Part shown: positions 35,050-45,431 of the stretch, piece by piece
Layout of the letters: the number at the start of each line of letters is the position of its first letter
Numbering within the stretch: position 1 is the first letter of the stretch
DNA from: Candidatus Niyogibacteria bacterium CG10_big_fil_rev_8_21_14_0_10_42_19
GTDB lineage: Bacteria > Patescibacteriota > Minisyncoccia > 1-14-0-10-42-19
NCBI GenBank assembly: GCA_002774705.1
Contig: PFCN01000033.1
Span: forward strand, 1,277 to 53,399
Direction: 5' to 3'
Length of the DNA stretch: 52,123 bases
Translations under genes and position numbers: made by a program
The notes under the pieces: model-generated
Databases searched by the model: none
What the model was told of the DNA's origin: nothing
Seen by the model: the letters and a program-made list of their open reading frames with translations, nothing else

Positions 35050-36801
35050 TTATTCGGAAGAAACTCTTAAAACTTCTTCGATAGAAGTTAATCCCTGGGC
35101 TGATTTTATTATTCCGTCTTCGAACATAGTGATCATGCCTTCTTTTCTTGCTTGGTCCTCTATTTGGTCCGATGTAGCATTCGCAACAATCAGATTTTTG
35201 ATGGTTTCTGTTACATTCAGAACTTCATGTATTCCGATCCGGCCATGATACCCATCCGGACTTTCGGAGGACGGTTCCGGTTTTAAGAATTTGACGTCTT
35301 TCCACGAAGCGCCAGGTTTTATCGCTTTATATTTTTTTAGAACATCAAGGAGATGATCCGGGTCCACCCCATCGCCCAGTTCTTTTATTTGTTCGTGAGT
35401 TAGGGTGTAAGAATTTTTCGCCTTATATAATCGGCGGACCAGCCGCTGGGCGATAATAACGTTTACTGTCGAGGAGACAAGGAAGGGTTCGGCTTCCATT
35501 TCATGCAAGCGTGGGAGGGCGCCTGCCGCCGAATTGGTGTGAAGAGTTGAGAAAACCAAATGACCGGTGAGCGCCGCGTTGATAGCAAGAGCCGCGGTCT
35601 CGTTGTCTCTTATCTCCCCCACCATGATCACATCCGGGTCTTGTCTTACCAGAGACCGTAGGCCGTTTGCGAATGTAAATCCGATGTCCGGATGCACTTG
35701 CGTTTGGTTTACGTTTGGCATGCGGTACTCGACCGGATCCTCAATCGTTGAAATGTTAACCTCCGGGTGGTTGATCATGTCTATTAACGTATAAAGAGTG
35801 GTCGTTTTACCGGAGCCGGTAGGACCAGTTGCGAGGAGCATTCCGGTAGGATGTCTTATCGCCTTATGGATAACCTCTATTTGATCTTCGCGAAATCCAA
35901 GCTCTTCAAGAGTGAAGCCGTGCGAACCTTCGGGGAGGAGCCTTAATACCGCTTTTTCTCCGTCATAGACAGGTAATATCGAAACACGGAATGAAACTTT
36001 TTCTTCGGATGTTTCTATTTTAAAGCGTCCGTCCTGCGGGAGTCTGTGCTCATCAAGTTTAAGGCGGGATAAAACTTTTATTCTGGCGATGATTCCTTGT
36101 GAGATTTTTTTGGGGAGCACCATGGCATTCCTTAAAATTCCATCAATTCTATAGCGCACCAAAACCTCTTTTTCCATCGGTTCTATGTGGATGTCGGAGG
36201 CCCTTTGGGTTATAGCGTGTTTTAAAAGAGTGTCGACGATCCTAATTACGGGGAGGTCCTCGGCTAGTTTTTCAAGGTCTTGTTCTTCTTCGTCCTCTTC
36301 GGCCCCCGGTATTGATTTTATTTTTTCCGAAGTTTCGGTTTTTATTATTTCACCAAACTCCGTCTCAAGGCTTTTTTGGTATTGTTTTAAGGCGCTTTTA
36401 ATCGCTTCGCGGCTTGTGAATCTCGGCAGTATTTTTAAGTTCGCTTTTTTTTTGATGAACTCGATCGTTTCAAGGTCATCGGGGTCAAGCATTGCTACCT
36501 CCAGATTATTCCCGTCCTTACGATAGGCGATTATGTTATGGTTTCTCGCGATCGGTTCCGGGATTATCTTTAAGGTGTCCGGGTCGATTTTTTCGTGCTC
36601 AAGATTTACAAAAGGATACCCAAGGATATAAGCACGCAGGCGGATTAGGTCATTTTCCGATATTTTCCCTTCTTTTACTAAGATGCCGCTCAAATCCTCT
36701 CCGGTTTTAGCGGCTTTTTTTTCGGCTTCGTCCACGTCTTTTTGTGAGACTAGTTCCGAGTCGAGAAGAAATAATTTTAATCTTTGAGGTTCAAGCTTCA
36801 T
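35050..36801 (-). CDS. pilB: Type IV pilus assembly ATPase PilB (GspE family)
   Basis: T2SSE_N-like N-terminus, Walker A GPTGSGKTTTLYT, Asp/His boxes. Confidence 0.9.
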   Translation of the reverse strand: MKLEPQRLKLFLLDSELVSQKDVDEAEKKAAKTGEDLSGILVKEGKISENDLIRLRAYILGYPFVNLEHEKIDPDTLKIIPEPIARNHNIIAYRKDGNNLEVAMLDPDDLETIEFIKKKANLKILPRFTSREAIKSALKQYQKSLETEFGEIIKTETSEKIKSIPGAEEDEEEQDLEKLAEDLPVIRIVDTLLKHAITQRASDIHIEPMEKEVLVRYRIDGILRNAMVLPKKISQGIIARIKVLSRLKLDEHRLPQDGRFKIETSEEKVSFRVSILPVYDGEKAVLRLLPEGSHGFTLEELGFREDQIEVIHKAIRHPTGMLLATGPTGSGKTTTLYTLIDMINHPEVNISTIEDPVEYRMPNVNQTQVHPDIGFTFANGLRSLVRQDPDVIMVGEIRDNETAALAINAALTGHLVFSTLHTNSAAGALPRLHEMEAEPFLVSSTVNVIIAQRLVRRLYKAKNSYTLTHEQIKELGDGVDPDHLLDVLKKYKAIKPGASWKDVKFLKPEPSSESPDGYHGRIGIHEVLNVTETIKNLIVANATSDQIEDQARKEGMITMFEDGIIKSAQGLTSIEEVLRVSSE

Positions 36802-36854
36802 TTAAAAACCGCATTTAAATAAAAACATCGTCATTCAAATTTTGGCTCCGATTA

Positions 36855-37223
36855 TTATTTTAATATTCTCTTTATTACGTCCACTATTTCTTTTATGGAG
36901 TAATTTGCTTTTACCAAAAAGGCTTGCGCTCCCATTGTCAGCATTTTTTCCATGTCATTGGACCCTTCAAGATTGGTAAGAACTATTACCGGTATGGACG
37001 CCAGCTCGGGTTTTGAAGAAATGTATTTCATTACTTCAAAACCGCTTTTTTTCGGCAAGATGATATCCAGAAGTATTAGGTCGGGTCGTTCTTCGGAGGC
37101 CGCGCGAATCCCCGTGTCTCCGTCGCTTACCGCCGAAACTTCATATTCTTCGCGCTCCAAAGACTTTTTAAGGGCTTTTTGGAAAGCGGAGTCATCTTCG
37201 ATAATTAATATTTTTTTAGCCAT
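36855..37223 (-). CDS. Single-domain response regulator (CheY-like receiver)
   Basis: KILIIEDD...DLILLDIILPKKSG...PVIVLT...K, with the phospho-acceptor Asp context present. Confidence 0.85.
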   Translation of the reverse strand: MAKKILIIEDDSAFQKALKKSLEREEYEVSAVSDGDTGIRAASEERPDLILLDIILPKKSGFEVMKYISSKPELASIPVIVLTNLEGSNDMEKMLTMGAQAFLVKANYSIKEIVDVIKRILK

Positions 37224-37227
37224 AATA

Positions 37228-38172
37228 TTATTTTAACGGACTAGTTGGCAGGGTTATCCAAAAAGTGGTCCCTTTTCCTTCAATAGAATGAACTTTTATG
37301 GTTCCTCCCGACGCTTTTACGATCTCGCGCATAAGATAAAGACCCAAGCCGAGTCCGCCGGTATGATACCGGAGACGATTGTGAGATCTGAAAAATTTAC
37401 TAAAAAGCAGATCAAATTCTTCTTTGGGTATCCCGACGCCCTGGTCTGAAATTGACCACAAAAGCCTCCCGCCTTTTTTGTCTATTGATATGACTATTTC
37501 TCCTTTTTCGCTGTAACGCAGAGCGTTGTCTATCAGGTGCTCAACCACGCTTTGAACTTTTTTAGGGTCAGCGTATGCCTGGGGTAGGTTTTCGGAAGAG
37601 AATAAAGACAGTGAAATATTCGATTGCTTGGCGGTTCGTTCAAATTTTTCGATAGCGCTCTGGGTTGTTTCGGCTAGCGAAAAAGGAGCTGGCTGGAGGA
37701 TCATTTTATTGTCTTCTATACGGTATGCTTCAAGAAGATCGTTTACCAGCCGGAGAGCTTTGGAGTTTTCTACGGAGATATCTTCGACCGCTTCGCTTAT
37801 TTCTTTTGATTCCATTTTTTGGGCCGAATCTTTTATTAATTCAAGCTGCCATTTAATACTGGACAGCGGATTTCTCATTTCATGCGAAACAACGCTGATA
37901 AATTCGGACTTGGCGCGCGAAACTTCTGCTACTTTTTCAAAAGCGTGTACTACCGCGCTTCCGACTATAAAAAGGAAGGCGGTGACCGTAAGAACGATGA
38001 GAGCCGCGATCTCAGGGTCGGCATAAAGTCTGGCGGTGATGTTGGTGACGATAATTGCGATAATAATAATAACCCCCATAATAATGAATAGGAACTGGGG
38101 GCATTGCCAAAGATCAATCCCATATTCGTAGCAATATTTTTTAACATTCAATGATTTGAGGAATTGTTTCAT
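37228..38172 (-). CDS. Sensor histidine kinase (2 TM, HisKA + HATPase_c) with no evident extracytoplasmic domain
   Basis: H-box SHEMRNPLSSI, N-box DNALRYS, G-boxes DQGVGI and GGLGLGL. Confidence 0.85.
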   Translation of the reverse strand: MKQFLKSLNVKKYCYEYGIDLWQCPQFLFIIMGVIIIIAIIVTNITARLYADPEIAALIVLTVTAFLFIVGSAVVHAFEKVAEVSRAKSEFISVVSHEMRNPLSSIKWQLELIKDSAQKMESKEISEAVEDISVENSKALRLVNDLLEAYRIEDNKMILQPAPFSLAETTQSAIEKFERTAKQSNISLSLFSSENLPQAYADPKKVQSVVEHLIDNALRYSEKGEIVISIDKKGGRLLWSISDQGVGIPKEEFDLLFSKFFRSHNRLRYHTGGLGLGLYLMREIVKASGGTIKVHSIEGKGTTFWITLPTSPLK

Positions 38173-38319
38173 AGTTATATTATATAGTTATATTTCTTAA
38201 ATTGAAGAGTTATAAAAGCGATTTTCTGTTGATAAACATTGTAATTTTTTCAATTTGAACGCTTTAAGCTAAAAAAATCCCAAAAAAACCACCACAGCAA
38301 TTTTTTTTTAAATGTCAAT

Positions 38320-38373
38320 AGTGAAATTTTGGAGATTTTATGTATAATATAAATAGGCCGCCGAAAGCGGCTT
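38320..38373 (+). promoter_or_regulatory. Putative nusA promoter (-10 TATAAT at 38343-38348, weak -35) followed by a 5'-proximal GC hairpin
   Basis: The hairpin is TATAAT, then GCCGC-CGAAA-GCGGC (38357-38371), then TTAAATTTT. Confidence 0.35.
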
Positions 38374-38401
38374 AAATTTTAACCAATTATTTTATAATCA
38401 A

Positions 38402-39640
38402 ATGCTATCCGATCCCAAAGTTCTTAATGCCGCGCTTGAACAACTTGAAGCCGAGCGCGGGGTATCAAAAGAGAAGATTTTAGAAGCTGTTGAAATGGCT
38501 TTAAGCGCGGCCTACAAAAAAGACTATGGCAAAAAAGACCAGATAATTAGGGCTCATTTTGACGTAGGATCGGGGCAGATCAAATTTGAACAGATGAAGA
38601 TCGTAGTGGATGAGTCTATGATTAAATCCGAGGAAGATCTTGCCAGAGAAGCCGAAGAAAAAGAATCGGAAAATGAAGACCATAAAACAGGACGTTCTTA
38701 TGAAAGAGAAGAGGAGGAGCTTGAAGAAGGGGCTGTTCGCAAGGTTAGATTCAATCCGGAACGCCACATCATGATTCTTGAGGCAAGAAAGATTAAGAAA
38801 GGGATAAAACCCGGGGAAGAATTAGTGTTTCCTCTTGAATCAAAAGAAGATTACGGAAGAATAGCCGCGCAAACCGCAAAACAGGTAATTATGCAAAGAA
38901 TCCGCGAAGCCGAGCGCGAATCGATCTTTAATGAATTCAAGTCAAAAGAAGGGGATATTGTTTCGGGGATTGTCCAAAGAATAGAAGGGGGAAATGTTTT
39001 TCTTGATTTGGGAAGGGCGACCGCTGTTTTGCCCCGTGATGAACAGGTCAGAGGAGAGCGATACCGGTCGGGGGAAAGAATAAAAGCATTTTTATTCATG
39101 GTTGAGCAGACTCCGCGGGGCACGAATCTTTATCTTTCACGCTCTCATCCCAAATTTTTAAGCAAACTTTTTGAAATAGAGGTCCCCGAGATAGTAAATG
39201 ATGTCGTTGAGATAAAATCAGTCGCTCGCGAGGCCGGTTCACGTTCAAAAATAGCCGTATTTTCAAAAGACCCCGATGTTGACCCGGTTGGTTCGTGCGT
39301 AGGACAAAAAGGAGTAAGAGTCGGCACGGTTATTAATGAACTCGGCGGAGAAAAAGTTGATATTATTGAATGGTCGGAGGATTCGGAGACTTTTATTGCT
39401 CATGCCATTTCACCGGCAAAAGTTCTTGATGTTGAAATAAAAGAAAATAGAAAAGAGGCCGAGCTTATTGTGGCCGAAGATCAATTGTCGCTTGCCATCG
39501 GCAGAGGAGGTCAGAACGTCCGTCTCGCCGCGAAGTTGACCGGATGGAAAATAGATATCAGGTCGCGCTCCGGTGAGTCTGTGGCGAAGGCAACCGAAGA
39601 GGGTGAGGTGACCGGACTTGAAGAAAAAAATAAAAAATAG
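38402..39640 (+). CDS. nusA: Transcription termination/antitermination factor NusA (with an acidic insertion after the N-terminal domain)
   Basis: NTD, S1 (GDIVSGIVQRIE.GNVFLDLG) and KH1/KH2 (GSRSKIAV, CVG.KG.RV, IG.GGQNVRLA). Glu-rich insert at about aa 75-115. Confidence 0.9.
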   Translation: MLSDPKVLNAALEQLEAERGVSKEKILEAVEMALSAAYKKDYGKKDQIIRAHFDVGSGQIKFEQMKIVVDESMIKSEEDLAREAEEKESENEDHKTGRSYEREEEELEEGAVRKVRFNPERHIMILEARKIKKGIKPGEELVFPLESKEDYGRIAAQTAKQVIMQRIREAERESIFNEFKSKEGDIVSGIVQRIEGGNVFLDLGRATAVLPRDEQVRGERYRSGERIKAFLFMVEQTPRGTNLYLSRSHPKFLSKLFEIEVPEIVNDVVEIKSVAREAGSRSKIAVFSKDPDVDPVGSCVGQKGVRVGTVINELGGEKVDIIEWSEDSETFIAHAISPAKVLDVEIKENRKEAELIVAEDQLSLAIGRGGQNVRLAAKLTGWKIDIRSRSGESVAKATEEGEVTGLEEKNKK

Positions 39641-39670
39641 TCAAAATAATTATAAATTTTAATAAAGATT

Positions 39671-41710
39671 ATGATAACCCCTACTTTTTTAGTTCTTATT
39701 ATTATATCCAGTTTTTTTGCCTTGGTTTATGCGATATGGGCGCGTAATAAAATTTCAAAATACTCCCCAGGCTCGGAGCAAATGCAGGAAATTTCGCGGG
39801 CAATTTATGACGGATCAAAAGCATATTTGAAGCGCCAGTATATTACCGTGGCTTATGTGGCTACGGTGCTTGTGGTTCTTATTTTTATATTTTTAGGTCT
39901 GACTACCGCTTTTGGATTTTTGGTGGGAGCGGTAGCCTCGGCCCTCGCCGGATATTTTGGGATGATGACCGCCGTTTATTCCAATTCGCGGGTGGCTAAT
40001 TCCGCGCGTTCGGGCCTTTCTGAAGCATTCGATCTCGCTTTTTTGGGAGGTTCTGTAACCGGATTTTTGGTGGTCGGTCTGGGACTTTTTGTCGTTACCG
40101 CGTTTTGGTTTTTATTCGGAAATATTGAAGCTCTTATTGGTCTCGGTTTTGGGGGCTCGTTGATTTCGGTTTTTTCGCGACTGGGCGGCGGAATTTACAC
40201 TAAAGGAGCCGATGTTGGAGCTGATCTGGTGGGGAAAGTCGAGGCGGGTATTCCTGAAGACGACCCTCGAAACCCGGCGGTTATTGCCGATCTTGTCGGC
40301 GATAACGTTAGCGATTGCGCCGCCATGGCCGCCGACCTTTTTGAGACATACGCTGTAACGCTTATCGCCGCTATGCTTTTGGGTTCTCTTATTTACCCCG
40401 GAGTTAACGCGGCTATCCTTTATCCTCTGCTTTTGGGGGCGCTTGCCATTATCGCGTCTTTAGTGGGAGCATATTCCGTCAGCGTCAAATCAAAGGAAAA
40501 GATTATGGCCGGTCTTTACAAGGGTCTTATTGTTTCGGGTCTGTCTGCTTTAGTGCTTTTTTGGCCGGTAACCTCAATAATGGTAACAAAAAACGCCATA
40601 GATTTTTCATTTTGGGGTGATACGATCACACCGATAACCGGAAGCGCTTTTTCTTTATTTGCGTCAGCTTTTATCGGCCTTTTAATAACCATGCTTATGG
40701 TCGTGATCACCGAATATTATACTTCTAAAAATTTCAGACCGGTCAAGGACATAGCGAAAGCATCCAATTCCGGCCATGGAACGAATATTATCACCGGACT
40801 TGCTATTTCTATGGAGTCGACGGCCCTCCCGATAATTGTCATTGCTTTCGGGATTCTCGCGGCGTTTTGGTTTTTCGGAGTATATGGGGTCGCAATCGCG
40901 GCGGTGTCCATGCTTTCTCTTGCCGGGATAATCGTTACGATAGACTCGTTCGGGCCTATTACCGATAATGCCGGGGGCATCGCCGAGATGACCGGCCTCT
41001 CCCAAGAGGCCAGAAATATTACTGATGCTCTGGACGCTGTTGGGAATACCACCAAAGCCATAACTAAGGGTTATGCCATTGCATCGGCGGGTCTTGCGGC
41101 TTTGGTTTTGTTTTCCGCTTATGTCGCAGAAATTGAAAAATTCGGGCAAACAATAATTTTTGAGCTTTCGGATCCGATTGTTCTTGTCGGGATTTTCTTG
41201 GGGGCGCTTATGCCCTATCTTTTCGCGTCAATGGCAATGAAAGCGGTAGGAAAAGCCGCCGGAAGCATTGTTGAAGAAGTAAGAAGGCAATTTAGAGAAA
41301 TTCCCGGAATCATGGAAAGAACCGCAAAGCCGGATTACTCGCGCGCGGTAGATATTGTTACTAAAGCCGCCCTTAAAGAAATGATAATTCCCGCTATTCT
41401 TCCGGTGGTTGCGGTGATTGCGGTCGCCTTGATTTTAGGATTTAAGGCGCTGGGCGGATTTTTGATGGGGGTTATTGTAACCGGACTTTTTGTCGCTATA
41501 TCCATGACCTCGGGGGGAGCTGCCTGGGATAATGCCAAGAAATTCATAGAGGAAGGAAATTACGGAGGTAAAAAATCCCCGGCGCATCAGGCCGCGATTA
41601 CCGGAGATACGGTCGGCGATCCTTACAAGGATACGGCGGGTCCGGCTATTAATCCCATGATCAAAGTTATTAATATAGTAGCCCTACTTCTCGTAGGCTT
41701 ATTGTTGTAA
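39671..41710 (+). CDS. hppA: Membrane-bound proton-translocating pyrophosphatase (predicted K+-independent type)
   Basis: About 16 TM helices. Motifs [26 protein letters not shown]-like DNVSDCA, GDTVGDP. GNTTKA (Lys) lies at the K+-dependence determinant. Confidence 0.9.
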   Translation: MITPTFLVLIIISSFFALVYAIWARNKISKYSPGSEQMQEISRAIYDGSKAYLKRQYITVAYVATVLVVLIFIFLGLTTAFGFLVGAVASALAGYFGMMTAVYSNSRVANSARSGLSEAFDLAFLGGSVTGFLVVGLGLFVVTAFWFLFGNIEALIGLGFGGSLISVFSRLGGGIYTKGADVGADLVGKVEAGIPEDDPRNPAVIADLVGDNVSDCAAMAADLFETYAVTLIAAMLLGSLIYPGVNAAILYPLLLGALAIIASLVGAYSVSVKSKEKIMAGLYKGLIVSGLSALVLFWPVTSIMVTKNAIDFSFWGDTITPITGSAFSLFASAFIGLLITMLMVVITEYYTSKNFRPVKDIAKASNSGHGTNIITGLAISMESTALPIIVIAFGILAAFWFFGVYGVAIAAVSMLSLAGIIVTIDSFGPITDNAGGIAEMTGLSQEARNITDALDAVGNTTKAITKGYAIASAGLAALVLFSAYVAEIEKFGQTIIFELSDPIVLVGIFLGALMPYLFASMAMKAVGKAAGSIVEEVRRQFREIPGIMERTAKPDYSRAVDIVTKAALKEMIIPAILPVVAVIAVALILGFKALGGFLMGVIVTGLFVAISMTSGGAAWDNAKKFIEEGNYGGKKSPAHQAAITGDTVGDPYKDTAGPAINPMIKVINIVALLLVGLLL

Positions 41711-42798
41711 TGTCGATTTTAAATATAGAAATTAAAAAACTACCTCAGTCTCAAGTAGAGATATTGTGTGAAGTGTCGGCCGATGAATTTGAGAGCGCTT
41801 ACGATAAGGCCGTAAAAGAATTCAATAAAAAAACCAACCTTTCTGGTTTTCGTCCGGGCCACACGCCAGAAAAAATCTTGATCGAAAAAATAGGAGAAGA
41901 AGTAATAATGGAGCGCGCCGTCCATCTTTGCATCGAGAAAGCATATCCGGAGATATTAAAAGAAAATAAAATAGACGCGGTCGGGCGTCCTCAGGCGTCT
42001 ATTACTAAAATCGCCCGCAATAATCCTTTGGGGATAAAGATAATCACATCAGTAATGCCCGAAATCAAATTACCCGAAGACTACAAATCGATCGTTAAGG
42101 AAGTAATGGTAAAAAAAGAAATAGTTGTTGTTGAAGATAAAGAAGTTGAAGAATCTTTGGAGTATCTCCGTAAATCAAAAGAACGTAAAAAAGACGCGGG
42201 TCCCAGACAAGATCCATCCTCACAGGAGAACTTGGCCGAGCCGGCCCCAAAACCCGACCCGTCGCCAGAACTTAATGATGAATTCGCGCAGAGTTTCGGT
42301 AATTTTAAAACTTTAGACGATCTTAAGTCGGCGCTCCGCGATAACATAAAAATGGATAAAGAAGTTAAGGCGCGAGAAAAAAAGAGAGTCGAGGTTCTTG
42401 AAGCTCTTTCTAAAAAAATTAAAATACTCATTCCGGAGGTGTTTTTAGAGAATGAAAAAGAAAAAATGATAGCAGAACTAAGGTCATCTATCGAAAATAT
42501 GGGCATGAAGTGGGATAATTATCTTGAACACGTGAAAAAATCGGAAGAAGAACTTAAAAAAGGATGGGACAAGGAAGCCGAAAATCGCGTATATTACGGA
42601 TTTATTTTGCGGGAGGTGGCTGATCAAGAAAAGTTGGAGCCGACTGAAGAAGAAATAGAGGCTCACACCCACCAGATACTTTCGACCTATCCGTCCAGTG
42701 AATCGGCTAAAATTGACAGAAAAAAACTGAAAGATTACGCTTATGGTATCTTGAGAAATGAAAAAGTATTCCAGCTTTTTGAATCTTTTTCTTCCTGA
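41710..42798 (+). CDS. tig: Trigger factor (short form, apparently without the PPIase domain)
   Basis: Ribosome-binding NTD with GFRPGH.P. A Pro-rich low-complexity linker sits where the FKBP domain normally lies. A C-terminal chaperone arm domain is present. Confidence 0.8.
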   Translation: MSILNIEIKKLPQSQVEILCEVSADEFESAYDKAVKEFNKKTNLSGFRPGHTPEKILIEKIGEEVIMERAVHLCIEKAYPEILKENKIDAVGRPQASITKIARNNPLGIKIITSVMPEIKLPEDYKSIVKEVMVKKEIVVVEDKEVEESLEYLRKSKERKKDAGPRQDPSSQENLAEPAPKPDPSPELNDEFAQSFGNFKTLDDLKSALRDNIKMDKEVKAREKKRVEVLEALSKKIKILIPEVFLENEKEKMIAELRSSIENMGMKWDNYLEHVKKSEEELKKGWDKEAENRVYYGFILREVADQEKLEPTEEEIEAHTHQILSTYPSSESAKIDRKKLKDYAYGILRNEKVFQLFESFSS

Positions 42799-42844
42799 TA
42801 TTTTTAAATAAATTAAGTATTTAAATTCAAATAAAATTAATAAT

Positions 42845-43474
42845 ATGGAAAATTATTTAATTCCAACCGTAATAGAAAAGTCGCAATTTGGAGAACGCGC
42901 CTATGACATTTATTCGCGCCTGTTAAAGGAGAGGATTGTTTTTTTGTCCGGTCCTATTAACGATCCCATAGCCAATACGGTTATTGCCCAGCTTTTGTTT
43001 CTGGAATCGCAGGACCCAAAAAAAGACATTGAGCTTTATATAAATTCACCTGGAGGTTCTGTTTCGGCAACGCTCGCCATTTATGACACGATCAATCACA
43101 TAAAACCGGATGTTTCGACCATTTGCGTCGGTTTTGCCGCATCGGGCGCCGCTATTTTACTTGCGTCTGGCGCTGATGGAAAAAGACACGCTCTCCCTAA
43201 TTCGGAAATAATGATCCATCAGGTTTTGGGGTCGGCTGAAGGTCAGGCGGTTGAAATAGAGATTTCGGCCAAGCATATTTTAAGGGTCAAAGACAAATTA
43301 AACGAGATTCTTTCGAAACATACCGGACAGTCTTTAGAAAAGATCGAACAAGATACGGACCGCGACTTTTTTATGGACGCCGAGGAAGCTAAAAAGTACG
43401 GGATTGTTGACCGGATAATTCGTCCGAAAGGAGGAAGGGTGCCGGAAAAAATAATTAAGAACAACAAGAAATAG
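42845..43474 (+). CDS. clpP: ATP-dependent Clp protease proteolytic subunit
   Basis: [21 protein letters not shown]......[17 protein letters not shown] and the catalytic Ser/His context. Confidence 0.95.
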   Translation: MENYLIPTVIEKSQFGERAYDIYSRLLKERIVFLSGPINDPIANTVIAQLLFLESQDPKKDIELYINSPGGSVSATLAIYDTINHIKPDVSTICVGFAASGAAILLASGADGKRHALPNSEIMIHQVLGSAEGQAVEIEISAKHILRVKDKLNEILSKHTGQSLEKIEQDTDRDFFMDAEEAKKYGIVDRIIRPKGGRVPEKIIKNNKK

Positions 43475-43579
43475 ATTTCGGTGGGAGAATATCCTCGCGC
43501 CTATTTTTTATACTCATCAAACTCATTTACTATCCCGTTCAATGACCGTTGAGCAGGATAGTAAATATTATAAAAATAA

Positions 43580-43609
43580 AAATCCTCTCCGCGAACACGG
43601 AGGGGATTT
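43580..43609. terminator. Bidirectional terminator between clpP and the PLP-enzyme gene
   Basis: AAATCCTCTCCG-CGAACA-CGGAGGGGATTT has one mismatch and is flanked by A-runs and T-runs. Confidence 0.7.
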
Positions 43610-43830
43610 ATATATATTTTGCTCTTTTTGGAGAGCTTTACTTTTTTAGGATATATTTTATTTCACTCAACTCTTTGCAGATAGAATACATCCACGCGAA
43701 AAAGACAAAGAATACTATAAAAATTACTCCTCCAGAAAAAATACTACTTTCCAATTCTATATCAAGCTGCCGATTCCCAATGTAGAAAATAACGCAATTA
43801 AAAAAGATACAAGCGTCAGCATGGAGAGCG

Positions 43831-45147
43831 TCATCGGTTTTTTCTCTTCTTCTTTTGTGTTTTCGTAAGCCGCCTGCCGGTATTGATTATATGTCGCGTA
43901 GAGCGTCGCAGATGTGCCGCGCAGCCATTTTGCGTTTCAAGATATTTGAACGCTTCTTTGAAGGCGCTTTCGATGTCTTCGTAGTTTTCGATGCCCACCG
44001 CGAGGCGGATCATTGTATCGGCGATGCCTTTTTCGAGGCGTTTCGCGCGGGGAATTGCGGCATGGGTCATCAGAGCCGGACACTGGATCATAGTAGTAGT
44101 CGAACCCAGCGAAACGGCCAGTTTGATGAAAGTATTATCCGAAAGATAGTTCAGTAATTTCTCGACCATTTTCATGTTGCCTTTGAGCTCAAAACTCAGA
44201 ACTCCGGAGCATCCCTTCATCTGACTTAAGGCCAGAATGCGGTTGCCGCTTGTTGCGAGTCCCGGATAGTAGACTACGGACACCATCTTGTGACCCGACA
44301 GAAACTCGGCAATCTTCGCGGTATTTTCGTTGTGCCGCTGCATGCGGAGCTCGAAGGTTTCCAAACCCCTGTTGATTAGAAACGCATCAAACGGTCCGAT
44401 GGATGGACCTAAAAGTCCTGCTGTTGCCTTCACTTTGGCAATAATCTTTTTGGTTGAGACAACCGCTCCCGCCACAACATCACTGTGGCCGTTGAGATAC
44501 TTGGTCGCGCTGTGAAAAACGATGTTGGCGCCCATTTCGATGGGCCGCTGATTATAAGGCGAAGCAAAGGTGTTATCGATCATGAAGATCAGGTTGTGCT
44601 CTTTGCAGACCTTGGCAATCAAGCGGATATCGAATATCTCGAGCGTCGGGTTGGCCGGCGACTCAATGAACACGGCCTTGGTATTTTTGTTGATTGCGTT
44701 TTTCAGATTTTCCAAATCATTGAGATCGACGAAATGAACCTTTATTCCCAGCTTATTTGGACAAAAATGACTGAAAAGATCATCCGTGCATCCATAGACC
44801 GTGGGGCAAGAGATGATTTCATCTCCCTTTTCAAAAAGAGCTATCATCGTATTAGAGATAGCGGCCATCCCGGAAGAAAACATTCGTCCCGCTTCGGCCC
44901 CCTCAAGGGAGGCAATCTTTTCTTCGATTATGGTGGCATTCAACCCGCCAAAGCGACCATAAAAATATCCCTCTTCCTTACCGGCAAAAATATTGGCCGC
45001 CGTTTGAACATCCGGAAAACGGTAATTTGCCGTCTGGAAAATAGGCACCTTTGAACACGGTCCTTTGACCTCAACCTTGTCTTCCGTTTTGCTTCCGTGG
45101 ATAGCGCGGGTCGCAATGCCGCGACCCCTCTTTTCTTTTTTTGCCAT
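43831..45147 (-). CDS. Cys/Met-metabolism PLP-dependent enzyme (methionine gamma-lyase / O-acetylhomoserine sulfhydrylase / cystathionine gamma-synthase family)
   Basis: TRAIH.G...........PI..T..Y.F, PLP-lysine context SATKYLNGHSDV, and an unusual basic C-terminal tail. Confidence 0.8.
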   Translation of the reverse strand: MAKKEKRGRGIATRAIHGSKTEDKVEVKGPCSKVPIFQTANYRFPDVQTAANIFAGKEEGYFYGRFGGLNATIIEEKIASLEGAEAGRMFSSGMAAISNTMIALFEKGDEIISCPTVYGCTDDLFSHFCPNKLGIKVHFVDLNDLENLKNAINKNTKAVFIESPANPTLEIFDIRLIAKVCKEHNLIFMIDNTFASPYNQRPIEMGANIVFHSATKYLNGHSDVVAGAVVSTKKIIAKVKATAGLLGPSIGPFDAFLINRGLETFELRMQRHNENTAKIAEFLSGHKMVSVVYYPGLATSGNRILALSQMKGCSGVLSFELKGNMKMVEKLLNYLSDNTFIKLAVSLGSTTTMIQCPALMTHAAIPRAKRLEKGIADTMIRLAVGIENYEDIESAFKEAFKYLETQNGCAAHLRRSTRHIINTGRRLTKTQKKKRKNR

Positions 45148-45360
45148 CGTAGCAACCCCCGTTATTTTATTTTTAATCTACTTGAGTCCGGAGTTTTTCC
45201 GGCGAGTATCCTTCTATTTTGAACTTTGGCATTAAATAATTATATCTGTCAATAACACGTAATGTATCATGACTTCAGTGGCACTAAATAGGTAAAACAT
45301 AAAAACGTCACACACAAGTACCCATATATAGGAAAGGTGAGGAGAGACGCGGTTTTTTAA

Positions 45361-45387
45361 TTGACATTTGTATAGGAGTACTATAAT
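45361..45387 (+). promoter_or_regulatory. Putative promoter of the M16 peptidase gene (TTGACA-15 nt-TATAAT)
   Basis: Both hexamers match consensus exactly, but the 15-nt spacer is short. SD GAGGAG precedes the ATG at 45432. Confidence 0.45.
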
Positions 45388-45431
45388 TTTATAAAAGAAA
45401 TAAGAACTTTGAGCAGAGAGGAGAGCGACCG

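Noticed and set aside
43549-43785. A plus-strand 78-aa ORF between clpP and the PLP-enzyme gene.
   Set aside because: It runs straight through the bidirectional terminator hairpin and has low-complexity, AT-driven composition with no motifs.
45148-45360. A possible SAM (S-box or other) riboswitch in the leader of the Met/Cys PLP-enzyme gene.
   Set aside because: I could not find the SAM-I core (e.g. GAGGGA...GCCC...GCAACC) or other SAM-class signatures. Only a short CCGGA/TCCGG hairpin is present.
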